A DNA stretch of 64,000 nucleotides. Source: Candidatus Latescibacterota bacterium. Its GTDB lineage: Bacteria; Latescibacterota; UBA2968; UBA8231. The DNA lies in contig OZ220089.1 of assembly GCA_964291625.2 (NCBI GenBank), positions 896,001 through 960,000 of the forward strand, given 5' to 3'. The first letter of the stretch is position 1. Every line of letters begins with the position of its first letter. A program made the position numbers and the translations under genes. This document shows positions 28,990-38,639 of the stretch, in pieces. The notes beneath the pieces were generated by a model. It saw only the letters and a list, made by a program, of their open reading frames with translations. It was not told the DNA's origin and ran no database searches.

Positions 28990-30408
28990 CTACTCCTTCT
29001 CGTGGAACACGCGGCCGGCGTAGCGGGCGGCGAGGATCCACAGCAGCAGGATGACGGCGGTCACGAGGGACAGCCAGCGAATGCTCGAGTAGCCCGAGAA
29101 CAGCATCGTGATCAGGAGACTCAGGCCGACGGCCAGGGCCTTGGCGAAGCGCTGCACGAACATGTCGATGAACGCCTTGGCCTTGTACTTCTCGTCCCGC
29201 GTGGTGGGGACGTAGAGGGCTTCCTTGGCCGACTGGTTGATCGAGTAGCTGAAGCCGTTGTCGGTGGTGTTCAACAGGCTCCCCATGAGGAGCACGGGCG
29301 CGATCAGGAAGCCGGCGGAGCCCAGGAGGGCCGCCACGGGCAGGAAGAGGAGGGCCGTTCCGACGCCGAAGCGCGTCATCACCAGGCTGGTGAGGAACAG
29401 CTGGACGACGAGGGCGACCATGTTGGTGAAGGTGAAGACGCGGGGAAAGTGCTCGCCGATCTCGGGGCCGTCGAGGTAGTGCAGCACCGTCGAGGTGAAC
29501 TGGAAGTCCATGATGGTGGAGACCATCTCGTAGAGACCGACGATGGCCACCACCGACAGCAGGTAGGGGGAGCGCAGCGCCAGCCTCGCCCCCTCCAGGG
29601 CCGGATTCCCCTGCGGCGTGTCCTCCGCCGGGGTCTGGGACCCGGATGGCTCGGGAGCCTCGCTCTCACTCACCGGCGCCGCCAGCCTGCGGCTCACGAC
29701 CCGGCCCGCGGCCAAGGCGATCAGCACGATGACCACGGCGATGGCCACGCACAACCACATGGACAGGGCCGGGCTCAGGCTCTTCACGTTGACGCCGACC
29801 ACGGCGCTGCCGAAGAAGCCACCCGAGACGCCGCCGAGACCGATGAGCCCGTAGAGCCGCTTGGCGGACCCGGAGTCGACGCTGTCGTTGAGGAAGGCGA
29901 AGAAGGTGGCCACCATCATCGTGCTGAAGAGGTCGCCGAAGAGGTAGAAGGACCAGACGGTGCCGCCCCCGGCCCCGTCGAGGACGAAGCTGTAGGCCAC
30001 GTAGCAGAGGATGAAGAACGCCGACAGGATGCAGGTGAGCTGCTGGCGCCGGAAGGAGCGGGCGAGCAGGGTGAATACCGCCACGGCCGCGGCGGCGACG
30101 GCCATGTTGAGGACCTTGGCCAGCAGCTCGGCCTGGGCCGCGTCCATGTGCCAGCCCAGCAGGTCAAAGCCGCCGACGCCCTTGTAGTAGCTGATGAACA
30201 GACCCTTCTTGATCGGCTTGAGGATCCAGAAGGTCGTGATCACCAGAAAGAAGTAGAAGAACATCAGGGCCGTCTGCAGCCGCTCCTCCGGGGCGAAGGC
30301 CTTGATCTGCCAGGCGATGAAGAGCAGGAAGACCACCACCAGCGGCCACTGCAGCACACCCAGGTAGTGCATGAACCCCTCGAAGAACGCGAATCCCGCC
30401 AGTTCCAT
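28990..30408 (-). CDS. NTT/TLC-family (Npt1/Npt2, ATP/ADP translocase-like) MFS nucleotide transporter
   Basis: About 12 TM segments; WILKPIK, AKRLYGLIGLGG, and the family-typical YSINQSAKEALYVPTTRDEKYKAKAFID. Confidence 0.8.
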   Translation of the reverse strand: MELAGFAFFEGFMHYLGVLQWPLVVVFLLFIAWQIKAFAPEERLQTALMFFYFFLVITTFWILKPIKKGLFISYYKGVGGFDLLGWHMDAAQAELLAKVLNMAVAAAAVAVFTLLARSFRRQQLTCILSAFFILCYVAYSFVLDGAGGGTVWSFYLFGDLFSTMMVATFFAFLNDSVDSGSAKRLYGLIGLGGVSGGFFGSAVVGVNVKSLSPALSMWLCVAIAVVIVLIALAAGRVVSRRLAAPVSESEAPEPSGSQTPAEDTPQGNPALEGARLALRSPYLLSVVAIVGLYEMVSTIMDFQFTSTVLHYLDGPEIGEHFPRVFTFTNMVALVVQLFLTSLVMTRFGVGTALLFLPVAALLGSAGFLIAPVLLMGSLLNTTDNGFSYSINQSAKEALYVPTTRDEKYKAKAFIDMFVQRFAKALAVGLSLLITMLFSGYSSIRWLSLVTAVILLLWILAARYAGRVFHEKE

Positions 30409-30414
30409 TCTCAG

Positions 30415-32091
30415 TTACTCCTCCCTGTCGATGCGCACCAGTTGCATGCGGCCGTCCTCGTGTTTGTACAGGAACGCCGTCGTGGTCTTGCTCCACCTCT
30501 CCCTGTCGCCGCTGCGGCTCTGCAGCCGGTAGCCGAAGAACTCCCCGGGCCTCGCCTCCTCGCCCATGGGGATCACCGTCTCCGCCACCCGCGCCGGCCC
30601 CGCGACCTCCCGGCCCTTCCGGTCGACGACCGCGTACCGCCACTGCCGTGAGGCGCGCGGCACGAGACCGCCCTCCACGGCGAGATCCGCGAACCGCAGC
30701 CGGCCGACCTCGACGGCAAAGCGGTCCAGCGGGTTGACCCGCCCGAACCAGTAGCGGCCGATCATGTCCCGCCGTTCCGCCAGCAGGCGGGTCAGCTCCG
30801 CCGTGGCTCCCGGATCGGAGTAGCGCCCCCTTTCCACCATGGCGCCGATCTCGTCGTCGCGGAAGGCCATGACGATCTTGGCGCCCCAGTAGCCGTCGCG
30901 GTTGGTGCAGCGCTCGAAGGCGGGGTTGGGGTAGGTGGGCACCCAGCCCCTGGCGCTGAAGGTCTCGTTCTCGAAGTAGCCGATGGCCGGGTATTTCATC
31001 GGCAGCGGCTCTTCCCACTTCTTCCGGTAGAGTCCGAGGGAGACGATGGAGCGGAAAACCGTGCGCGGGTCCCAGACGTACTCGTTGCCGTACTTGGGCA
31101 GGTGCGGCATCAGGTTGTTGCTGCCGAGGGTGGAGCCCATGTCGATCAGGTAGTGGCGGATGTACCTGCGGCCGTCGGTCTCGGTCACGTACATGTCCAG
31201 GGTATTGGCAGCCCGGCGGTCGGCGTCGTTCAGCCACGAGCCGATGACCCGCAGGGCCCGCAGCTCGCGGCGGTGCTCGTGGTCCACCCGGTCGTTGGGA
31301 TCGTCCTTGCGGCGGCCGTCGTAGTTGAATACGCCCACCGGCTTGCCCTCCAGGAACCGGCTCGCCATGCAGCGCAAGGTGCCGTCCGGCTGGGGGATGA
31401 TGTTGTCGAGGATTCCCCGAAGGTCCGCCGGCGTCATGGGCCGCTTGCCGCCGTCCCCCGTGGGTACCCTGGCCTTCGGACCGATCTCCAGAAGCCCGGG
31501 ATCGAAATAGACCACCGAGTTGCGCGGCACGTTGTACCCGGCCGCGTGCAGCACCTTGGTGGCGATCACCTCCGCGGCGGAGCCCATCTCGTTGTTGCCT
31601 TCGGAGTCGAACTTCAGAAGGAAGTACTCCCCCGAGGCGTCCTTGATGGTGAAGCCGGCGGTGCCGCCCTCGAACTTGCCGGCCACGATCTCCCAGGGAC
31701 CGCTGTCGTCGGGCCGGGCGAGGCCCGGCCCTTCCGCCAGTTCCTCCAGGGTCATCCGCCGCAGGAAGTGGCGGTTGGTGTACCACGAGGAGTTGGGCAC
31801 CTCGTCGAGGGCGTTGACGTTGTCCGCCTGCCGCGGCCCGACGACGCCGAGCAGGTTGCCGGCGCGGCGGGCCGTCCACCCCAGGTCGAGGAGCTTGCCC
31901 ACCTGGTGGAAGAAGGTGTGGTCGGCGATGTCCCACACCTGGTTCTCCTCGATCTCGGCCGGCTCGGGAATCGTCTTGTCGTCGGCGTCGAACCACTTGA
32001 CGGGACCGGTGGTCAGCGTTGGGGCTGCTTCTCCCGCCTCGGGCAGCGACAGGCTCCAGGCCAGGAGCAACGAAGCCGGCAGGGACCGCAT
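30415..32091 (-). CDS. Exported hypothetical protein with putative atypical (HipA/PI3K-like) kinase fold, copy 1
   Basis: Signal peptide; GKFEGGTAG, LLKFD, AEVIATK, WLNDADRRAAN, LIDMG. TGATG coupling to the upstream gene. Confidence 0.7.
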   Translation of the reverse strand: MRSLPASLLLAWSLSLPEAGEAAPTLTTGPVKWFDADDKTIPEPAEIEENQVWDIADHTFFHQVGKLLDLGWTARRAGNLLGVVGPRQADNVNALDEVPNSSWYTNRHFLRRMTLEELAEGPGLARPDDSGPWEIVAGKFEGGTAGFTIKDASGEYFLLKFDSEGNNEMGSAAEVIATKVLHAAGYNVPRNSVVYFDPGLLEIGPKARVPTGDGGKRPMTPADLRGILDNIIPQPDGTLRCMASRFLEGKPVGVFNYDGRRKDDPNDRVDHEHRRELRALRVIGSWLNDADRRAANTLDMYVTETDGRRYIRHYLIDMGSTLGSNNLMPHLPKYGNEYVWDPRTVFRSIVSLGLYRKKWEEPLPMKYPAIGYFENETFSARGWVPTYPNPAFERCTNRDGYWGAKIVMAFRDDEIGAMVERGRYSDPGATAELTRLLAERRDMIGRYWFGRVNPLDRFAVEVGRLRFADLAVEGGLVPRASRQWRYAVVDRKGREVAGPARVAETVIPMGEEARPGEFFGYRLQSRSGDRERWSKTTTAFLYKHEDGRMQLVRIDREE

Positions 32092-33437
32092 CAGAACTCC
32101 TGCCGCAGGGAGAACCCGACCAGGGCGGCCTCTTCCTCGCTGCGTGCGATGCGCACCCCGCAGAGGAAGGCGCGCTCCGTCCGCACGCTGATGCCGGCCC
32201 CGTAGCTGTACTCGAACCGGTCCATCTCCAAGGCGTCGTACCCGTCGAAGACCTGCCCTTCGTCCCAGAACAGGAAGGCGTTCCAGGTATCCCAGATGGG
32301 ATAGCGGTACTCGGCGCTGAAGAGCAGACTGCCCTCGCCGCGGAAGAACCCGCGCCGGTACCCCCGCAGCCGCTGCCCTCCGCCGAGCGTGGTCAGTTCC
32401 GAATACGGGACGAGGCTGTCGTCCCCGAGAGGATGGGCCTTCTCGAGCCGGGCCCTCAAGGCCAGGATCCGGTTTCTGTAGAAGAGGGTGAAGAAACGCT
32501 GGATCTCGGCGGCGTAGTGGTAGTACCGAACCTCCCTGGAGCCGGCGGTGTAGTCGGCCTCGACCTGGATGAGCCCGCCGTGCTCGGGGAAGGCCCTGTC
32601 GCGGAAGCGATAGTAGCGGTCATTGGCGAAGAGCAGTACACGTCCGGACAACTGGTAGTTCATGGGAGGGCTGATCGAGGTCGTGGGGGGCTTGTAGTCC
32701 CGGTCGTCGAAGGCGACACGGAGACCGGCGGAGAACAGGTCGATCGCCTCATTCGCGCCGGCCATGGCACTGGACCTGCGGCCGGTATCGTCGTAGCGGC
32801 GAAAGCCGTAGGCCAGCCGCAGCTCGACCACCGCATCCGGCTCGAAGCCCTCGGTCTCGCCGTGGTTGGAGTGATGTCCAATGGCGAGTCTCGCGTCCTG
32901 CCGCCGGTAGCGGAACCGCTGCTCGCGCCCACCCGGTTCACCCTCGCTGTTGATCGTGGCGTGGTCGTCGTCTGTATCCAGCGCTTCGATGGACGCATTC
33001 CAGTACCAGGGCCCTCCGCCGATCCCCGGGTCCTTGTATCGCGCCGTCCCGCTGTAGTTGGAGAGGTTGCCGACCAGGCTCGTGGAGAATCTCCCGCGTC
33101 CGAACAGATCGGTACGCAACAGGGTGATCCCGCCCCCGGGCCCGGTCTCCTCACCGGTACCCGTCTCCCCGCCGAAGACCACGAAGGGAAGCCATCTGGT
33201 GGCCTTCTCCCCGCCCTGGCCGGCGAAGTGGCCCCTGCGCTCGGCCCAGATGGTGAGCTGCCCGATCGGGTAGATCAAAGCACTCCACAGGTACTTCGGC
33301 AGGGCGAGCAGGTGATTGTGCCTGGTCTCGTAGACGTCGACGGTGTCCACCTCGGCCATCGCGGGGGGACCGGCCCGCAACTCGGCAGGTACCGCCAGCA
33401 CCGCCAACGTCAGCACAAGGACAGTGGTCGGCAACAC
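32091..33437 (-). CDS. Omp85/BamA-TamA-family outer-membrane beta-barrel protein, copy 1
   Basis: Signal peptide, LGGGQRLRGYRRGFF (the Omp85 LRGY motif), AEYRYPIW, C-terminal GFSLRQEF; GTG start 5 nt after GGAGGAG. Confidence 0.85.
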   Translation of the reverse strand: MLPTTVLVLTLAVLAVPAELRAGPPAMAEVDTVDVYETRHNHLLALPKYLWSALIYPIGQLTIWAERRGHFAGQGGEKATRWLPFVVFGGETGTGEETGPGGGITLLRTDLFGRGRFSTSLVGNLSNYSGTARYKDPGIGGGPWYWNASIEALDTDDDHATINSEGEPGGREQRFRYRRQDARLAIGHHSNHGETEGFEPDAVVELRLAYGFRRYDDTGRRSSAMAGANEAIDLFSAGLRVAFDDRDYKPPTTSISPPMNYQLSGRVLLFANDRYYRFRDRAFPEHGGLIQVEADYTAGSREVRYYHYAAEIQRFFTLFYRNRILALRARLEKAHPLGDDSLVPYSELTTLGGGQRLRGYRRGFFRGEGSLLFSAEYRYPIWDTWNAFLFWDEGQVFDGYDALEMDRFEYSYGAGISVRTERAFLCGVRIARSEEEAALVGFSLRQEF

Positions 33438-33439
33438 TT

Positions 33440-35116
33440 CTACTCCTCCCTGTCGATGCGCACCAGCTGCAGGCGGCCGTCCTCGTGTCGATACAGGAAC
33501 GCCGTCGTGGTCTTGCTCCACTTCTCCCCCTCGCCGCTGCGGCTCTGCAGCCGGTAGCCGAAGAACTCCCCGGGCCGCGCCTCCTCGCCCATGGGGATCA
33601 CCGTCTCCTCCACCCTCTCCGGCCCCGCGACCTCCCGGCCCTTCCGGTCGACGACCGCGTACCGCCACTGCCGTGAGGCGCGCGGCACGAGACCGCCCTC
33701 CACGGCGAGATCGACGAACCGCAGCCGATCGCCCTCGACCTCAAAGCGGTCCAGCGGGTTGACCCGCCCGAACCAGTAGCGCCCGATCATGTCCCGCCGC
33801 TCCGCCAGCAGGCGGGTCAGCTCCGCCGTTGCCCCCGGATCGGAGTAGCGGCCCCGCTCCACGATGGCGCCGATCTCGTCGTCGCCGAAGGCCATGACGA
33901 TCTTGGCGCCCCAGTAGCCGTCGCGGTTGGTGCAGCGCTCGAAGGCGGGGTTGGGGTAGTCCGGCACCCAGCCCCCGGGGCTGAAGGTCTCGTTCTCGAA
34001 GTATCCGAGGGAGACGTACGGCATCGGTACCGGCTCCTCCCACTTCTTCCGGTAGAGCCCCAGGGAGACGATGGACCGCAGGATCGTGCGGAAGTCCACC
34101 ATGTACTCGTTGCCGTGCTTGGGCTGGTGCGGCCGCCAGCTGCCGCTGCCGAGAGCGGAGCCCATGTCGATCAGGCAGTGGCGGATGTACCCGCGGCCGT
34201 CTTCATCGGTCACGTACATGTCCAGGGTGTTGGCGGCCCGGCGGTCGGCATCGTTCAGCCACGAGCCGATGACGCGCAGCCCCCGCAGCTCGCGCCGGTG
34301 CTCGTGGTCCACGCGGTCGTTGGGGTCGTCGCGGCGGCGGCCGTGGTAGTTGAAGACCCCCACGGGCTTGCCCTCGAGGAACTGGCTGGCCAGGCAGCGC
34401 AGGGTACCGTCGGGCCGCGGCGTGAGGCTGTCGAGGATCTCCCGCAGGTCCTCCCGGGTCATGGGCCGCTTCTCACCGTCTCCCGCCGAGACCCTGGCCT
34501 TGGGACCGATCTCCAGTTGCGCGGGGTCGAAGTGGACGACCGAGTTGCGCGGCACGTTGTAGCCGGCGGCGTGGAGGATCTTGGTGACCACCACCTCGGA
34601 GCCGGACCCCATCTCGTCGTTGCCCTTCGAGTCGAACTTGAGCAGGAAGTACCGGCCTGACGCGTCCTTGATGGTGAAGCCCGCCGTGATCCCCTCGAAC
34701 TTGCCGGCCACGATCTCCCACGGGCCGCTGTCGTCGGGCCGGGCCGCCCCGGGCCCTTCGGCCAGCTCCTCCAGGCTCATGGGCCGCAGGAAATGCCGGT
34801 TGGTGTACCACGAGGAGTTGGGCACTTCGTCGAGGACGTTGACGTTGTCGGCCTGGCGCGGCCCCACGATGCCGAGGAGGTCCCCGACGCGGCGGGCCGT
34901 GAACCCCAGGTCGAGCACCTTGCCGACCTGGTAGAAGGTGGTCATGTCGACGAAGTCCCAGATCTTGTTCTCCGCGGCCTCGGCGGGCTCGGCGATCGGC
35001 TTGTCATCGGCGTCGAACCACTTGACGGGGTCGGTGGTCAGCCTCGGGGCGGCCGTGCCCGCCATCGGCCACAGGAGCACGAGAACCAGCAACATGGCGA
35101 GGCTCGGAAAACCCAT
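33440..35116 (-). CDS. Exported hypothetical protein with putative atypical kinase fold, copy 2
   Basis: Close paralog of 30415-32091; signal peptide MGFPSLAMLLVLVLLWPMAGTAA; same K, E, DRxxxN and DMG motifs. Confidence 0.7.
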   Translation of the reverse strand: MGFPSLAMLLVLVLLWPMAGTAAPRLTTDPVKWFDADDKPIAEPAEAAENKIWDFVDMTTFYQVGKVLDLGFTARRVGDLLGIVGPRQADNVNVLDEVPNSSWYTNRHFLRPMSLEELAEGPGAARPDDSGPWEIVAGKFEGITAGFTIKDASGRYFLLKFDSKGNDEMGSGSEVVVTKILHAAGYNVPRNSVVHFDPAQLEIGPKARVSAGDGEKRPMTREDLREILDSLTPRPDGTLRCLASQFLEGKPVGVFNYHGRRRDDPNDRVDHEHRRELRGLRVIGSWLNDADRRAANTLDMYVTDEDGRGYIRHCLIDMGSALGSGSWRPHQPKHGNEYMVDFRTILRSIVSLGLYRKKWEEPVPMPYVSLGYFENETFSPGGWVPDYPNPAFERCTNRDGYWGAKIVMAFGDDEIGAIVERGRYSDPGATAELTRLLAERRDMIGRYWFGRVNPLDRFEVEGDRLRFVDLAVEGGLVPRASRQWRYAVVDRKGREVAGPERVEETVIPMGEEARPGEFFGYRLQSRSGEGEKWSKTTTAFLYRHEDGRLQLVRIDREE

Positions 35117-36459
35117 CAGAACTCCTTCTCCAGCGAGAAGCCGGTGAGCGCCTTCTCTTCCTCGCTGCGGCCGATGCGCAGGCCGAAGAGGAAGGCGCGC
35201 TCGGTGCGCACGCTGAGGCCGGCGCCGAAGCTGTACTCGAACCGGCCGGCTTCGAGATCTCCGTATCTCTCGAAGACCTGTCCCTCCTCCCAAAACAGGA
35301 AGGCGTTCCACGTATCCCAGATCGGGTAGCGGTACTCGGCGCCGAGGAGCAGGCTGCCCTGGCCCCGGAACGACCCGCGCCGGTAGCCGCGCAGCCGCTG
35401 GCCGCCGCCCAGGGCGGGCATGTCGGAGTAGGGGACGAGGCCGTCCTCCCCCAGGGCGTGGGCGTTCTCGAGGCGGACCCGGATGCCGAGGATCCGGTCC
35501 CTGTAGAAGAGGGTGAAGAAGCGATGGACCTCGGCCGCGTACCGGAGATACCGCACGTCCCCGGAACCGGCGACGTAGTCGGCCTCGATGCCGGCGAGTC
35601 CGCCGTGCTCGGGGAAGGCCGTGTCGCGGAAGCTGTAGTAGCGGTCGCCGGCGAAAAGCAGGACCCGTCCGGGGAACTGGTAGTTCAGGGGATGGCTGAT
35701 ACTGGTGGTGGGCGGCTTGAAGTCGCGATCGTCGAAGGCGGCCCTGGCGCCCACGGAGAGCTGGTTGATGGCCTCGTTCAAACCGGGGGTCTCGACGGGA
35801 AGGGGACCGTCGGCGACAAACTCCCGGAAGCCGTGGGCCAGGCGCAGCTCGATGACTGCATTCGGTTCGTACCCATCGGTCTCTCCGTAGTTGGAGCGGC
35901 GGCCGAGAGTGATCCTCGCATCCCTCTGCTCCAGCTCGAGGAACGATCCCGAGCCCCTCAGCTCGCCGTTGATGGTGGCGCTCTCGTGCCCCGTCCCCAG
36001 GGCTTCGAGAGAGGCACTCCAGTACCAGGGTCCCCCGCCGATGCCGGGGTCGTCGTACAGGGCCGTTCCCCTGTAGTTGTCGCGGTTGGCGATCATGTTC
36101 GCGGAGAACGCCTTTCCGCGTCCGAACAGATCGGTATGGAACATGGTGAACCCGCCGGCGGTCCCCGTCTCGCCGCCCAGGGCCCCGTAGGGAAAGACGC
36201 CGAAGGTCTCCGCCTCGTTGGTGAACAGGTCCACCATCCGTGCGGGTACCTGCTCGTGCTCGACCCAGATGGCGAACCGGCCGATGGGATGGACCAGGGC
36301 GTTCCAGACGTACTTCGGAAAGGCAAGCAGGTGGTTGCGCCGCGTCTCGTACACGTCGGACGTGTCAACCGAGGCCGCCTCGGCAGGCCCGGCGGGCGCC
36401 CGGGACGGCGCAACGAGAGCCACCAGCACGAGAACCAGGAGAAGGGATCGGGGCCGCAT
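35116..36459 (-). CDS. Omp85/BamA-TamA-family outer-membrane beta-barrel protein, copy 2
   Basis: Signal peptide MRPRSLLLVLVLVALVAPSRA, LGGGQRLRGYRRGSF, C-terminal GFSLEKEF; paralog of 32091-33437. Confidence 0.85.
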   Translation of the reverse strand: MRPRSLLLVLVLVALVAPSRAPAGPAEAASVDTSDVYETRRNHLLAFPKYVWNALVHPIGRFAIWVEHEQVPARMVDLFTNEAETFGVFPYGALGGETGTAGGFTMFHTDLFGRGKAFSANMIANRDNYRGTALYDDPGIGGGPWYWSASLEALGTGHESATINGELRGSGSFLELEQRDARITLGRRSNYGETDGYEPNAVIELRLAHGFREFVADGPLPVETPGLNEAINQLSVGARAAFDDRDFKPPTTSISHPLNYQFPGRVLLFAGDRYYSFRDTAFPEHGGLAGIEADYVAGSGDVRYLRYAAEVHRFFTLFYRDRILGIRVRLENAHALGEDGLVPYSDMPALGGGQRLRGYRRGSFRGQGSLLLGAEYRYPIWDTWNAFLFWEEGQVFERYGDLEAGRFEYSFGAGLSVRTERAFLFGLRIGRSEEEKALTGFSLEKEF

Positions 36460-36556
36460 GGCAGCTGTCGCTCCGTGCAGGGTTCGGTCCGGACATGGCC
36501 TCAGCCTATCGGAACCCGAGCAGCGCGTCAAACACCACCCCCCGGGAAACGCCATC

Positions 36557-37588
36557 TCACCTGTGGGGCGCGGGGAAGGTGAGAGAAAGGCCCAGCGACA
36601 CGGGCATCATGTCCCGCTCTCCCACGCCGAAGAAGGGGCGATCCACGCGCAATTCCAGCCTGAGGCGGGCCCGGGTGAGCCGCAGGGCTTCCACGCCTCC
36701 GGTGACATAGCCCCCCAGACCACCCCCCTCATCGTCGTCCGCCATGGAATCCAGCAATTCCTCGTAGCTGGCCCAAACACGGGTGAAGCCGCCACCCAGG
36801 TACGGGGAGACGCTCTTCTTGCCGAAGTAGTAACGACCGCCGATTCCCCAGGCGACGAAGAGAAAGCTGTCCCCGTCGTCATCCTCCCCCCCGGAGCCCC
36901 AGAGCTCGGACCCCACGGCAAAGGATCCTGTCTCGTACCACCCCTGGATGCTGTAGCCGGGCTTGGCGATCCCCGAGGCGATGGTGCCCAGGAGGCCCAC
37001 GCCCAAGAAGGAATCGCCGGGTATCAGCCGGTGGCGGCGGGCCTCCTCCTCGACGACCGTCTCGCGGTCTACCGTGGAAGCCACCGACGTTCCGAGGACG
37101 ATCGCCTCCGCCAGCCGGGGCGCGGCCGATATCATCTCTTCGATCCCTCCCATCTGGATCTGCCGCTCGATGATGACCCGGCCCGCGGGGTCCACCTGAC
37201 TCAGACGGACCACGATGTACTGGCCCAGGCGGTGCAGATCCAGCCGATACCTGTCCGCCCCGTCCGGGGCGCGAAGGACCGGATCGCCCACTGGCACGCC
37301 CTGCTCTCTCAGCTCCCCGCACACCAGCAGGGCCGCGGTCCTCGCGTCGGCTTCCGGAAAACCGGAGTGCTCTCCGATCAGGCAGGCAGCCTGGGAGGCC
37401 GGGGAGGCCGGGGCGGCCGCGGGAGCGGGATCGCCCCCGGTGGCGCCGGCTCTAGTGTGCTCGATGATGGTGCCGCGGACCACGCCTCCATCCCGCAGGC
37501 GGACGACATCTTCCATCTCCTGGGCCGAGACGGGGATCGCGGCGGCTGCAAGAGCGGTCAGGCAGATGAACTGAAGAGGACGCAGCAT
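36557..37588 (-). CDS. Exported hypothetical protein with probable C-terminal outer-membrane beta-barrel
   Basis: Signal peptide; EDVVRLRDGGVVRGTIIE; alternating aromatic strands (GGRYYF, SPYLGGG). Confidence 0.65.
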   Translation of the reverse strand: MLRPLQFICLTALAAAAIPVSAQEMEDVVRLRDGGVVRGTIIEHTRAGATGGDPAPAAAPASPASQAACLIGEHSGFPEADARTAALLVCGELREQGVPVGDPVLRAPDGADRYRLDLHRLGQYIVVRLSQVDPAGRVIIERQIQMGGIEEMISAAPRLAEAIVLGTSVASTVDRETVVEEEARRHRLIPGDSFLGVGLLGTIASGIAKPGYSIQGWYETGSFAVGSELWGSGGEDDDGDSFLFVAWGIGGRYYFGKKSVSPYLGGGFTRVWASYEELLDSMADDDEGGGLGGYVTGGVEALRLTRARLRLELRVDRPFFGVGERDMMPVSLGLSLTFPAPHR

Positions 37589-37616
37589 GTATCGCCCCTT
37601 GCCTCCGTGGCTGCCT

Positions 37617-38519
37617 CTAGTTCAGAGACTTGGCCGGGTTCTCACTCTCCACCCGCGAGCATCCATCGCCGTTGCAGGCGGTTACCCAGTAGTAGTTGCT
37701 CCGCGAGTCGGGCTCGCCGTGGACGTAGGTCGTCTCCGAGACCTGCATGGCCAGCTCCGTGCACCACTGGGGCTGACCGCTCTGTTCCAGTTCGCAGGAC
37801 GACGAAAAGAAGCCGTCCCAGTAGATGTTGTAGTGGGAAGCCCTCTCCACGGGATCCCAGGTGACCACGATGGTCTCGCCATCCCACTTGAATCGTGCGT
37901 TGCCCGGGCTTGTGCAGTACGGCACCGGAGACCCCTCGGGCAGGCATCCGTTCAAGAGGCTGTTTCCGTTCAGCCCCAGCGATTGCAGGTAGGTGAGGCT
38001 CGCCAACTCGGCCGGGATCACGCCTGCCAGCTGGTTGTACGACAGGTTCAGCAATTCCAGGTTCGAGAGATCGCCCAGCTCGGATGGAATGCTCCCCCGC
38101 AACCGGTTCTCGGAGAGGTCCAGGGACTCCAGACCGGAGAGGTCGGCCAACTCGGGTGGAAGCATGCCACGCAGATCGTTGCCCGGAAGGGCCAGCCCGA
38201 GGACGCCAAGGCCACTGCGGTTGGTGGTAACGCCGTACCACTCACTGATCGGGGCATCGGTCAACCAGTTGTCGTTGTTCGCCCAGTTCAGGCCGTCCAT
38301 CTCCTGGTAGAGCAGGACCAGGACGGTACTGTCGGACATGGTACTGGCCCCGGCCGTCCCTCGGCCCTGATCCCCCCCCTCACTCTGACCGCTGCCTTCG
38401 CCCGGTGGTCCTTGGGGCCCCACCGGACCCTGGGGGCCCATCGGACCCTGGGGGCCCTCAGGTCCCGTGCATGTAGCCAGACCGAGAGCCAACAACGGCA
38501 ACAGCACAAGGAATTTCAT
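37617..38519 (-). CDS. Lipoprotein with short collagen repeat, LRR block and FN3-like C-terminus
   Basis: MKFLVLLPLLALGLATC lipobox-like, ~7 Gly-X-Y triplets, LRRs, VTWDPV...YNIY...YWVTAC. Confidence 0.8.
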   Translation of the reverse strand: MKFLVLLPLLALGLATCTGPEGPQGPMGPQGPVGPQGPPGEGSGQSEGGDQGRGTAGASTMSDSTVLVLLYQEMDGLNWANNDNWLTDAPISEWYGVTTNRSGLGVLGLALPGNDLRGMLPPELADLSGLESLDLSENRLRGSIPSELGDLSNLELLNLSYNQLAGVIPAELASLTYLQSLGLNGNSLLNGCLPEGSPVPYCTSPGNARFKWDGETIVVTWDPVERASHYNIYWDGFFSSSCELEQSGQPQWCTELAMQVSETTYVHGEPDSRSNYYWVTACNGDGCSRVESENPAKSLN

Positions 38520-38639
38520 CTCCCACCTCCTTCGCTTCTCGTATCTCCTTGGTCCAATGCATGTCCACCGATAGGGGTGCCGTCCCCACAACAGCTGTCA
38601 GACATCCCGCCACAACAGTGTGTCGCATCCGAGGCCCCC

